Shown: positions 8,356 through 16,953, counted from the first letter of the stretch. The stretch: DNA of 31,921 nucleotides from an uncultured Desulfovibrionaceae bacterium (GCA_949427775.1 CASQEL010000001.1:1-31921), one strand, 5' to 3'. Notes: a model not told the origin generated them from the letters alone. Numbers and translations: made by a program.

Positions 8356-10629
8356 ATGGCCACCAAGATTGGCGTCTATTTTGACCAACAGAACATCGGC
8401 GGCGGCCTTGACGTGCAGGCGCTGGCCGACGGCGTGAGCAAAAAATGGGGGGACTTCGCCCCCGTGGTGAAAGTCTATCCCGTGCTGGCCAACGCCGAGG
8501 CCGATATTCAGGCCGATATTGAGGCCCAGGGTCTTGACGGCGTGCTGGTGTGCGGTTGCTCGCCCCGCTACGACTGGAATCTGTATCAGTTCCCCGGCAT
8601 TCAGGTGGAACGCGTCAACCTGCGCGAACAGTGCGTGCTGGCGTATAAAAATCCCGACGGTTCGGCCGCGCCCGCGGGGGCGGCTCCGGAACTGCTGGTC
8701 GCCATGGCCCAGGACTATGTCAACATGGGCGTGGTCAAACTCCAGAAATCCACGCTGCCGGAAGGGGCCGCCGTGGAAGGCGTCAAGCGCGTGCTGGTGC
8801 TCGGTGGCGGTTGGACAGGGCTGCATGCGGCCCTGGAAGTGGCCAAGACCGGGTATGAAGTGGTGATCGTCGAAAAAAGCGCCACCATGGGCGGGCATGT
8901 GCAGAACATTCCCACAGCGACGCCGTTGTCCGCGCCCTGGACCGAGCCTCAGGAATCCGGTCTGGAAGCGAAGATTGCCCAGGTCAAGAGCAACAAGCTG
9001 ATCACCATATACACCTCATCCACCATCGCCAGGCTGGAAGGCCAGCCGGGCGAATTCACCGCCACCATCGCCACCGCCAAGGGCGAGGAGCAGGTGCAGG
9101 TGGGAGCCGTGGTTCTGTCCACGGGCTGGACGCCGCTGGCGGGCAAGTATCTGGAGCCCATGGGCTACGGAAAACTGCCCGGCGTGGTGACGGCTGGCGA
9201 ATTCGGCAAAATGCTGCGCGAAGGCAAGATGGACGCCAAGCGCGTGGCCTTTGTGCTGGATACCACGCTGGCCGAAGAAGCCGCCAAAGCGCAGGCCGCT
9301 GCCGCCGCTGAAGCCGCCGCGGAAGAAAAACCCGAAGCGGCCGCACCCGCGGAAGGCGAGGCGGAGACGCCCGCGTTCGTCAAGCAGGATCTGGAAAGCA
9401 TCAAACATCTGGGGTACTCCAACTCCGTATCCGGCGTGGCCGCCCTGCGGCTGGCCAACGCGGTGTGCGACAAGTTCGACGGCGCGCAGGTGTTCATCCT
9501 GTACAAGGATATGGTGGTGCAGGGCCTGTTGGAGCGTTACTACAAGCATGCGCAGAACCGCCTGGGCATCATGATGACCAAGGCCGACGTGACCGACATC
9601 GCCAGGTCCGGGGACGCGCTGAAGGTGTCCTGCGCCAACACGCTCTTGGGCATGGACTTCGATGTGGAAGTGGATATGGTCGTGCTGCCCACGGGCATCG
9701 TGCCTACCACGGCCAAGGACGCCGTGGTGCAGTTCGCCTATCGTCAGGGGCCGGATTTCCCGGATCTGGATCTCTTCGACGGTTTTACGGATTCCAACTA
9801 TATCTGCTTCCCGTATGAAACCCGGCGCACGGGCGTATACGCCGCCGGGTGCGTGCGTCAGCCCATGACCATGGACGCTTGCGCCGAAGACGCCGCGGGC
9901 GCGGCCCTCAAGGCCATTCAGTGCATTGAGGCGGCCACGCGCGGCGTGGCTGTGCATCCTCGCTCCGGCGATCTTTCCTACCCCATATTCAACTTCGTGC
10001 GCTGCACCCAGTGCAAACGCTGCACGGAAGAATGTCCCTTCGGGGCGCTGGACGATGACGAGAAAGGCACGCCCAAGCCCAATCCGGCGCGTTGCCGCCG
10101 TTGCGGCACCTGTTTCGGAGCCTGTCCGGAACGCGTCATTTCCTTCGCCAACTACAACATCGATCAGATCGGTTCCATGATCCGCGAAGTTGTGGTGCCC
10201 AAGGATTTCCAGACGGAGGGGCCGCGCATTCTGATCCTGGCCTGCGAGAACGATGCCTATCCCGCGCTGGATATGGCGGCCATGCGTCGCAAATCCTGGA
10301 GCCCGTACGCGCGCGTCATTCCCGTCCGTTGCCTGGGATCGGTCAATGCCATATGGGTATCCGACGCCATGTCCAAAGGCTTTGACGGGGTCATGCTGTT
10401 GGGCTGCAAATACGGCGACGACTACCAGTGCCACTTCGTCAAGGGATCGGAAATCTGCAATCGCCGCAAGGAAAACATCGCCGAGACGCTCAACCGTCTG
10501 GGCGTGCAGCCCGAGCGTGTCGAGCAGCTTGAAGTGGCCATTGACGAATACGATAAGGTTCCCGACATGATCGACGGCTTTGTGGCCCGCATTGTGGATA
10601 TGGGACCCAACCCGTTCAAGGGCATGTAG
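8356..10629 (+). CDS. qmoB: QmoB (HdrA-like + MvhD-like domain)
   Basis: Start reassigned to ATG 8356 (MATKIGVYF, GGAGG RBS). CTQCKRCTEECP and CRRCGTCFGACP; C-terminal RCLGS..GCKYGDDYQCHF MvhD motif. Confidence 0.96.
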   Translation: MATKIGVYFDQQNIGGGLDVQALADGVSKKWGDFAPVVKVYPVLANAEADIQADIEAQGLDGVLVCGCSPRYDWNLYQFPGIQVERVNLREQCVLAYKNPDGSAAPAGAAPELLVAMAQDYVNMGVVKLQKSTLPEGAAVEGVKRVLVLGGGWTGLHAALEVAKTGYEVVIVEKSATMGGHVQNIPTATPLSAPWTEPQESGLEAKIAQVKSNKLITIYTSSTIARLEGQPGEFTATIATAKGEEQVQVGAVVLSTGWTPLAGKYLEPMGYGKLPGVVTAGEFGKMLREGKMDAKRVAFVLDTTLAEEAAKAQAAAAAEAAAEEKPEAAAPAEGEAETPAFVKQDLESIKHLGYSNSVSGVAALRLANAVCDKFDGAQVFILYKDMVVQGLLERYYKHAQNRLGIMMTKADVTDIARSGDALKVSCANTLLGMDFDVEVDMVVLPTGIVPTTAKDAVVQFAYRQGPDFPDLDLFDGFTDSNYICFPYETRRTGVYAAGCVRQPMTMDACAEDAAGAALKAIQCIEAATRGVAVHPRSGDLSYPIFNFVRCTQCKRCTEECPFGALDDDEKGTPKPNPARCRRCGTCFGACPERVISFANYNIDQIGSMIREVVVPKDFQTEGPRILILACENDAYPALDMAAMRRKSWSPYARVIPVRCLGSVNAIWVSDAMSKGFDGVMLLGCKYGDDYQCHFVKGSEICNRRKENIAETLNRLGVQPERVEQLEVAIDEYDKVPDMIDGFVARIVDMGPNPFKGM

Positions 10630-10642
10630 GAGGAAAGGCACC

Positions 10643-11806
10643 ATGGCACAATGTACTCTGAAACCGGATATGGAGTTCGTCCGCGAGCTTCAGGCGGCCG
10701 GCGGCGAAACGCTCAAGAAGTGTTATCAGTGCGCCACCTGCTCCGTGGCCTGCCCCATATCCCCGGCCAACAATCCCTATCCCCGCAAGGAAATGGTGTG
10801 GGCGTCCTGGGGGCTGAAAGACAAACTCAGGACGGATATCGATCTGTGGCTGTGCCACAATTGCGGCAACTGCGCCGATTTGTGTCCGCGCGGAGCGCGT
10901 CCCGCCGATCTTATGGGCGCCGCCCGCAACATGGTCTACAAGGAACTCACCGAGCCTGCCGTCGTAGGCAAATGGATGAGCTCGCCCAAGGGACTGCCTG
11001 TCCTTTTCGCCATTCCGGCCGTCCTGTGGCTGGTGATCTGGTGGATTCGCGCCGGATTCAACGGCGGGCAGTGGTTCCCGCGCGCCGCTGACGGGCGCAT
11101 CGTGTTCGGCCAGATCTTCTACGGCGACTACACCATCGACCCCATCTTCATGATCACGTTCTTCGGAGCGTGCTTCATCCTCTATAAAGGAGTGAGGAAA
11201 CTCTTCGGCATGTTCAAGCCGGAAGGCAAACTGCTGGTGATCGGCAAGACCAAGCCGTGGTACATGCATCTGTATGATGTGATCGTCGAAGAAATCATCA
11301 CCCATAAAAAATTCAGCGAATGCGGCGCGGACAAGAGCGATCGGAAGATCGGGCACATGGCCGTGTTCTACAGCTTCGTGATTCTGGCCATCGTCACGGC
11401 CATTGTGGCGGGCGGGCACTGGGTCGGCAAGGTCATTCCCTGGCTCAAGGTGGAAACGCCCATGCCCCTGACGTATCCCATCAAGGTGCTGGCCAACGTG
11501 GGCGCGCTGGCGCTGCTGTACGGCCTGGGATCGCTGACCCTGCGCCGCCGCAAGCTCAACCCCAAGTATCAGGCGTCGAGCTTCTATGACTGGTATCTGC
11601 TGGGCATCATCTGGGCGGTGGCGCTGTCCGGCGTTCTGAGCCAGGTGTTCCGGCTCATGGACGCCGTGAAGCCGGCCTTCTGCGTGTACTACCTGCACCT
11701 GGTGTTTGTGTGGATGCTTTTCGCCTATCTGCCCTGGTCCAAGCTCGGACACTTCGTGTACCGCACGGCGGCGCTTGTATATGTCCGCATGTACGGCAGG
11801 TCGTAG
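10643..11806 (+). CDS. qmoC: QmoC (HdrC-like FeS domain + membrane heme b domain)
   Basis: Start reassigned to ATG 10643. CYQCATCSVACP and CHNCGNCADLCP, multiple TM helices, YYLHLV and SKLGH heme-ligand His. Confidence 0.96.
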   Translation: MAQCTLKPDMEFVRELQAAGGETLKKCYQCATCSVACPISPANNPYPRKEMVWASWGLKDKLRTDIDLWLCHNCGNCADLCPRGARPADLMGAARNMVYKELTEPAVVGKWMSSPKGLPVLFAIPAVLWLVIWWIRAGFNGGQWFPRAADGRIVFGQIFYGDYTIDPIFMITFFGACFILYKGVRKLFGMFKPEGKLLVIGKTKPWYMHLYDVIVEEIITHKKFSECGADKSDRKIGHMAVFYSFVILAIVTAIVAGGHWVGKVIPWLKVETPMPLTYPIKVLANVGALALLYGLGSLTLRRRKLNPKYQASSFYDWYLLGIIWAVALSGVLSQVFRLMDAVKPAFCVYYLHLVFVWMLFAYLPWSKLGHFVYRTAALVYVRMYGRS

Positions 11807-11941
11807 ACGCGTCTTTTTGCCCGGAGGCTTGTCAGGCGGCGTGTTTGAGACGCTTGCGTTCTCTGCCTCCGAGCGCCATGACGCGCTTGCGGAAGTAATG
11901 ATGACCTCAAGAAACAATCGATCTCCGAGGAGGAGGCCGTT

Positions 11942-12673
11942 ATGTCTGATGTAGCTCGCAAAGTCTTTCCGATGGAAACCGTCCTTGCCCTGGTTATGGG
12001 CAAAGAAGACGTGGATGTCAGGGACCTCGCCGGATACTTGGCCGGGCGCTCCATCGCCTGCTGCTGTTGCGCCAAGATCATCGCGCCCATGGCCGCCGGT
12101 TGGCTGGCCAGCGTGTATCCCCAGTTTGTGGGGCTGGAGTGGGATGAATCCGCCTCTTGGGAAGATTTTGTCTCCCAGATGAAAAGCGCGCTCGGCGACA
12201 GTGTTTCCGTGACGCCGATGGGCGCGCGTCAGCAGGCCATGGTAGGCAAGGTGCTTGACGGCGCCGCCGACATCCAGGGCACTGTCGATGCGCAGGCCAA
12301 GGAAATCGTGGCCATGCGGGCCAGGGTGGAAACGCTGGAACCCTTCCAGGCCAAGGCGCAGGAACTGGAAAAGAAGTGCGCGCAGTTGGAAGCCAAGATC
12401 AAAACCCTGACCACCGACGCGGGCAACCTGCGTAAACAGTTGCTGCCTTTCCAGGGCAAGATGGCCGTGGATCAGGAAGAGCTCGAAACCATTATCAAGG
12501 ACGCCATCAAAGCCAATATGAAGGGTTTGGTGGTGGGCGGAGCCGTTGCGGCGGCCGGTGCGGCCGGAGCCGAGGAAGCCGCGGCTGAGCCCGCCGCTGA
12601 AGAAGAAAGCGGTCCCGCGCCCGAGTTCGGTTTCGGATCTTCCGGAGCGAACAACGACGGTTTCGGTTTCTAG
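11942..12673 (+). CDS. Conserved hypothetical protein downstream of qmoC (QmoD-like), with coiled coil and acidic tail
   Basis: GGAGG RBS; RKVFPMETVLA N-terminus; position matches the fourth gene of Desulfovibrio qmo operons. Confidence 0.85.
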   Translation: MSDVARKVFPMETVLALVMGKEDVDVRDLAGYLAGRSIACCCCAKIIAPMAAGWLASVYPQFVGLEWDESASWEDFVSQMKSALGDSVSVTPMGARQQAMVGKVLDGAADIQGTVDAQAKEIVAMRARVETLEPFQAKAQELEKKCAQLEAKIKTLTTDAGNLRKQLLPFQGKMAVDQEELETIIKDAIKANMKGLVVGGAVAAAGAAGAEEAAAEPAAEEESGPAPEFGFGSSGANNDGFGF

Positions 12674-12714
12674 AGTAGTTCGCTTTGAAGTTGCCTAACT
12701 AATCTCAAAAAGTC

Positions 12715-12765
12715 CAAAGATGCCTATTTAGCGTGTAATTTCATCATGTTAAATAGGCATCTTTG
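12715..12765. terminator. Long hairpin between the qmo operon and the convergent island genes (probable bidirectional terminator)
   Basis: CAAAGATGCCTATTTA/TAAATAGGCATCTTTG 16-bp perfect inverted repeat, extendable to 21 bp with two G-U pairs. Confidence 0.65.
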
Positions 12766-12806
12766 CTTCATACCATCTACTAAAATCCCCAGAATCCACA
12801 AAAACC

Positions 12807-12837
12807 GTTGGTAGACACGTTGGTAGTCTTTTGGTAG
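12807..12837 (+). repeat. Three tandem TTGGTAG motifs (tyrosine-integrase arm-site-like)
   Basis: TTGGTAG at 12808, 12820 and 12831 (11-12 bp period). Confidence 0.55.
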
Positions 12838-12928
12838 GTCTGAGCTGTCAATGATGGCGTTTCCCAAAGCCGGACAGTGCAACCCCGGCCTTGGGAAATT
12901 GAGAGGGGTATTCCCTGCCCCTCGCATT

Positions 12929-13160
12929 TTACCATGAATATCGCCAATAAAATTTAAAAAACATATAATTATTATCGCTGTCTTTATCCGGAAAATTCAT
13001 TTTGGATAATGGATGGATAAACGCCTCCATCATGTACTCCGATAAAATTCCAATTCCGATGCCGTCCAGTATCATATTGATGGCGGTTTCCGCCATTTGT
13101 ACCTGAAGAATCTGTTCGGTGGGAATTGGCTGCCGGACATGCTCTAATAGTAAAATTGCC
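12929..13160 (-). pseudogene. C-terminal fragment of a LysR-type substrate-binding domain
   Basis: ILQVQMAETAINMILDGIGIGILSEYMM..FKFYWRYSW parallels the LysR pattern LEVDSxEAxxxLVxxGxGIAxLP..YLVWRK. No N-terminus. Confidence 0.55.
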
Positions 13161-14489
13161 TTATCCAAAGTCGCACTGACCGTCAAAACCGTCTTGCACG
13201 GTGCCGCGCAACACAAGCCAATGACCGCCAAGGGCTTCATCAGCATCATGAAAAATAAATTCAAATTCCCCGCTGCTGTTCACTTTCAGCTCTTCAAGGC
13301 GTCTGCCGTCCAAAAAACATTGCTTTGTGATTTGCTCTTTATCAAGCCAGTCATCGTCATCGTCATAGAACTTCGCAATAAGGGGTTTTGCCCTTTCATG
13401 CCATATGGCTTGTTCGTTATGCAACTTCCGGGCAAAATTGAAAGCCAGGTCGTTCAGTTCCTTGTCACCCTCATCCTCACAGTATATGGTAACCTTTCCC
13501 TTGCCCCAGGTCACGGAAGCCTCAAACCACTCATAATCATAGTCTGCACTCCTGATGAACTTTATGGGTTTCGGTACGGGCACGTCTCCAATTTTTTTGA
13601 TGAACTCCGCCTCCGTCATAATCTCAACGCCTTGTTCTCGCGCTTTTTCCATCTTGCTTCCGGCGTTTTTACCCACAATCAAGAGATTCACCTCGGAAAC
13701 AATCTTGTCCGACGTTCTTCCGCCCAAATCCCTGATGATGGCTTTTGCCGCGTCGCGGGCACATAATTCGAGTCTGCCTGTAAAGGCCACGGTTTTGCCG
13801 GCAAAAATACTATTGTGGTTACCGGCTACAATCGTTTCCTGTCCTTTGGGCCGCGTATCCTCTATTCTTTTATTCCATTCTTCATACGTTTCCGTTTTGT
13901 CGCCGGTGGTTATCATTAAATCCTTGTGGCATTTTTTAAAAACAAATTTTCCTATATTTATTAATGATTCAGGCAAAGTTACACTTACCAGATTCTTGCA
14001 ATCTAAAAATACTTTATCTCCGATAAATGTTACACTATCCGGAATGACAACGCTACGTAAACGACTGCATTCCCAGAATGCCCGTTTTTCTATGCGCTCA
14101 ACGCCATGGGAAATGACAACGCTCTCTAATTCAGGACAACAATAAAAAGCCTCACGTCCGATGATTTTTACGCTCGGTGGAACAATAAATCTTTCCAGGC
14201 TATAACAGCAGCGAAATGCATTATCATCTATATGCACAACACTATTAGGAATATTGACTTCAAATATGTTGTAGCGATCATTGCAGGATTTTCCGATTTT
14301 TGTAATCGGCTTCCCTTTAAAACATGAGGGAATAACAATGGCGAAAACATTGAATATTCCACCACGACGTGGAACTTCTTTTTGAGAGACTATCTCCGGT
14401 ACGAATTTTTCGCAATTATAACAGCACAACTCTGACACAACTTCATATTCGTTATCATTATTTATCGGCTTTAACCGGAAAAAATCCAT
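13161..14489 (-). CDS. BspA-type leucine-rich repeat + BRCT + DUF2262-like fusion protein (442 aa)
   Basis: Repeats such as IPNSVVHIDDNAFRCCYSL and IPDSVTFIGDKVFLDCKNL. FAGKTVAFTG..LGG..LIVGKNAGSKMEKA is a ligase-type BRCT. C-terminal ITKQCF..GEFEFIFHD..GGHWLVLRG. AGAAAGGT RBS. Confidence 0.8.
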   Translation of the reverse strand: MDFFRLKPINNDNEYEVVSELCCYNCEKFVPEIVSQKEVPRRGGIFNVFAIVIPSCFKGKPITKIGKSCNDRYNIFEVNIPNSVVHIDDNAFRCCYSLERFIVPPSVKIIGREAFYCCPELESVVISHGVERIEKRAFWECSRLRSVVIPDSVTFIGDKVFLDCKNLVSVTLPESLINIGKFVFKKCHKDLMITTGDKTETYEEWNKRIEDTRPKGQETIVAGNHNSIFAGKTVAFTGRLELCARDAAKAIIRDLGGRTSDKIVSEVNLLIVGKNAGSKMEKAREQGVEIMTEAEFIKKIGDVPVPKPIKFIRSADYDYEWFEASVTWGKGKVTIYCEDEGDKELNDLAFNFARKLHNEQAIWHERAKPLIAKFYDDDDDWLDKEQITKQCFLDGRRLEELKVNSSGEFEFIFHDADEALGGHWLVLRGTVQDGFDGQCDFG

Positions 14490-14749
14490 GTTACCTTTCT
14501 CCCTGTTGCGTTACCCTCATTTTCTTGTCGCCTCACTTCTCCAGTCCAACTACTCACACTTGTGTCGTCAATTGACGAATTGGTAAGTAGGCCAATAAAA
14601 TTATTTAAGTATCACTCTCAAAAAAGTAATACGGAACAGCCATACACGCAAAGATATGTTTTCAGGTTCAATCTGGTAGGCGTTGATGGCCACAAAAAAG
14701 TTATTTCGTGACTATCCGTTGATGACGGGGTTTGGCGTGTTCCGGTTGC

Positions 14750-14843
14750 GGGATAATCATCGTAGCAATTTCCCACCCATTCCCGCACATTGCCGTACAT
14801 GTCGTACAGGCCCCACGGGTTGGGCTTTTTCTGCCCTACCCCG
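14750..14843 (-). pseudogene. Fragment of a formylglycine-generating enzyme (FGE/SUMF1) family domain
   Basis: [30 protein letters not shown] is the family hallmark. The upstream domain and the downstream RGGSW/GFR motifs are absent. Confidence 0.8.
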
Positions 14844-16328
14844 TCAGGACAGTTTTTGCAAGGCGGCCACCAGTTCCCGTGTTTTGAGTAGTCTATGGTA
14901 CTCCTCATCCCATCTGTTGTTTTCCAGTTTGCTTTCCTGCCAGGCCGCCAGGCGCGAATCCTTGTTCAATGCCAAATAGCCAAGGATATTTCGGTAGAAA
15001 TGGGTGGAACAGTTGCGAAATCCTTCAGAAATGGCGCTTTCGGCCCCAAAGCATGTGCCCGGCCCGTACTCTAGAAACTGGCGAAGCTGAAGCAGGGTAT
15101 CTGGAGCGGAAACAAGAAAAAGCATCACGTCCGAGCAAAAGGCGCGTCGGAACTGGGCGAACTCCAGGACATACCAGTCCGGCGTGGCGCGGTATTGATT
15201 ATAGAGGTGGTAGCCATATCGGAACAGGGACGCTCCCAGCAGTTCCTGAAAACGGGGGTTCTTGCGCCCGAACTCCACCAGCTTCACCTGATCCCTGACA
15301 TTAAGACGACGAGGTGCAAAGGCCAGATCATACATAGCGGCCAGACCGGGTATGCCCATGTATGCTTCCACCCGCTGACGAATGCCGGCATCGGCAAAGC
15401 ACATGAGCAGCAGGGGAAAATCTTCCGGCAGCTCCGGCAAGGCCTTGAATATCTCTTCCAGATAGCCGCACTTTTTCAGAATATACAGCAGGTAAACGGT
15501 ATCGCTGTTGGAGCAGCAATTCACATTCCGTTCGTCCGCAAAAAGGACGGGATCTCCCCAGCCCGGTCCGGTGGCGAGCTTGTAGGTGAACTCTCCTCCA
15601 CGTTCCGTGGCGGCCTTGCGCAGCAGCGCCTTGAGATCGAAGGTTTCCGGCTCGCAGGTGGCCAGAAAATGATTGATAAAAGGTGCGTGGAATCGAGGGT
15701 GGGGAGTGCGGTAGTCACGCAGATCATACGCCTCATGCTCGTACTTGCGCCTGTTTTCGGTCATGAGCGGATCAGCGTCGAACAATTCCGGGCTGGCCGC
15801 CAACGCATCGTCGCCGGACACGGAATAACAGCGAAACAGATACACATCGTCACCCTTGAGAAGGGTTTTGCGATGTGCCTTGTGATTGAAAACATCCCAT
15901 TCCCGTTTAATGGGCAGGGGGCGGCGTTCCAGCCAGGTCAGAGGCTGAACCAGGACGCGCTGGTGAGTATCATATGGCTTGTCGGGACATTGTCGCGCGT
16001 AACGCGTGTTCGCCTCCAGCACCACAGGGGATTTCTTAAGCAGAGCAAGCAGGTTGGGGTCATAACCTGTTGCCCCGGCGCCGTACATTCGGCTGGCGAT
16101 CCATGCGTCGGCCGCCTCCTCGTGATGTTCCAAGCGAAGAAGCCACATCGTCTTTACGTGCAGGAACGTGGTGCAGTAGCCCAAGTAGGCATCCGGTTCG
16201 GCCGCCAGCCGATCCACAAAAGCCGCCGCCTGCTCAGGCGCGAGTTCCGGATCCTGCAAAAATTCCAGATAGCGATCCCAGGTGGCTTTAAGCGCCCTGT
16301 CCATGCTCATAAGTTCATCGATCATCAT
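14844..16328 (-). CDS. Hypothetical protein (~494 aa), no family recognised
   Basis: Long uninterrupted ORF with protein-like composition; start taken at ATG 16328 (the track uses TTG 16358). Confidence 0.75.
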   Translation of the reverse strand: MMIDELMSMDRALKATWDRYLEFLQDPELAPEQAAAFVDRLAAEPDAYLGYCTTFLHVKTMWLLRLEHHEEAADAWIASRMYGAGATGYDPNLLALLKKSPVVLEANTRYARQCPDKPYDTHQRVLVQPLTWLERRPLPIKREWDVFNHKAHRKTLLKGDDVYLFRCYSVSGDDALAASPELFDADPLMTENRRKYEHEAYDLRDYRTPHPRFHAPFINHFLATCEPETFDLKALLRKAATERGGEFTYKLATGPGWGDPVLFADERNVNCCSNSDTVYLLYILKKCGYLEEIFKALPELPEDFPLLLMCFADAGIRQRVEAYMGIPGLAAMYDLAFAPRRLNVRDQVKLVEFGRKNPRFQELLGASLFRYGYHLYNQYRATPDWYVLEFAQFRRAFCSDVMLFLVSAPDTLLQLRQFLEYGPGTCFGAESAISEGFRNCSTHFYRNILGYLALNKDSRLAAWQESKLENNRWDEEYHRLLKTRELVAALQKLS

Positions 16329-16517
16329 TGCTCGGCGCGAAGTTTGCCCCGTTGGCAAGCCAAGAAATCATCCCCTGACAGGGAACAGGTAATGACTTCT
16401 ACTCGTTGCCGGTTTATACATCATTGGGCGTGTTGTTCCGAATCCCAGCGAACTCCCTCTCATTATCCGGATCCGCACCAGCGGAATAGGCGTCGTTGTA
16501 CACCTGATAGACGCCTC

Positions 16518-16610
16518 CCCAAAAACGCTATTCGTATTGCAGACCCCAAGCACTTTTTCTTGCTCTCTCAGCCGCGCTGCCTCGACTCTCTTATTCATTC
16601 TTCATATTTC
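16518..16610 (-). pseudogene. Frameshifted paralogous fragment of the LRR-BRCT linker
   Basis: YEE[W]NKRVEAARLREQEKVLGVCNTNSVF versus YEEWNKRIEDTRPKGQETIVAGNHNSIF in the 442-aa gene; one G lost from the TGG codon. Confidence 0.6.
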
Positions 16611-16646
16611 TCTTCATCTTTGACCTGCGCAGGGGTTATTCCATTT

Positions 16647-16840
16647 TTAAATTAAAAGTGATTTAATTATCCAATCCCAAGAAGAGATTGATCGAGTTAT
16701 CTCCGGATTCGACTCCAAATGAATTAACCCTTGCAGGAGATGTCCTCTACGGCGTCCAGACTCGGAAATACTCGGTTATAAAAGTACTTTTCACGCAATT
16801 CTTCCCATATATTTTCTACCGGATTCAATTCAGGTGAATA
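16647..16840 (-). mobile_element. IS630-family transposase C-terminal remnant with a -1 frameshift
   Basis: YSPELNPVENIWEELREKYFYNRVFPSLDAVED/[H]LLQGLIHLESNPEITRSISSWDWII; the YSPELNPxExxW motif is diagnostic of the IS630 DDE domain. Confidence 0.85.
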
Positions 16841-16953
16841 ATTCCGAAAAGGAAACGATGCCGATATATTGCCTTTATCGTGTTCGTATGGAACCGCGCG
16901 CATGCCTTGCGCGTATGCCTTCGCGGTCGTCCGCTCCCGCAGGCGACCGCGCG

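Larger units (their letters stand above)
12680..16860. mobile_element. AT-richer accessory patch / decayed genomic island
   Basis: Abrupt compositional shift after the QmoD-like stop; orphan genes, gene fragments, an IS630 remnant and arm-like repeats. Ends are approximate; no integrase and no flanking direct repeat were seen. Confidence 0.7.

Noticed and set aside
9268-9375. Ala/Glu-rich low-complexity stretch in QmoB
   Set aside because: In-frame flexible linker with no exact DNA repeat unit.
12727-12754. dif-like look: TCATGTTAAAT matches the XerD arm TTATGTTAAAT at 10/11
   Set aside because: The spacer to a TAA-ending left arm is 5 rather than 6 nt, the XerC arm is poor, and the match is explained by the surrounding inverted repeat.
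12905-12921. TATTCCCTGCCC resembles the IncP oriT nic region TATCCTGCCC
   Set aside because: Inexact match, no relaxase nearby and no upstream inverted repeat in the expected arrangement.
14618-14908. 96-aa ORF as an intact gene, or as a DGR target
   Set aside because: Only ~31 codons match FGE. There is no variable repeat, template repeat or reverse transcriptase in the window.
16368-16598. 76-aa ORF as a real gene
   Set aside because: Its ATG arises from the frameshift in the linker remnant, and the rest crosses into unrelated sequence.
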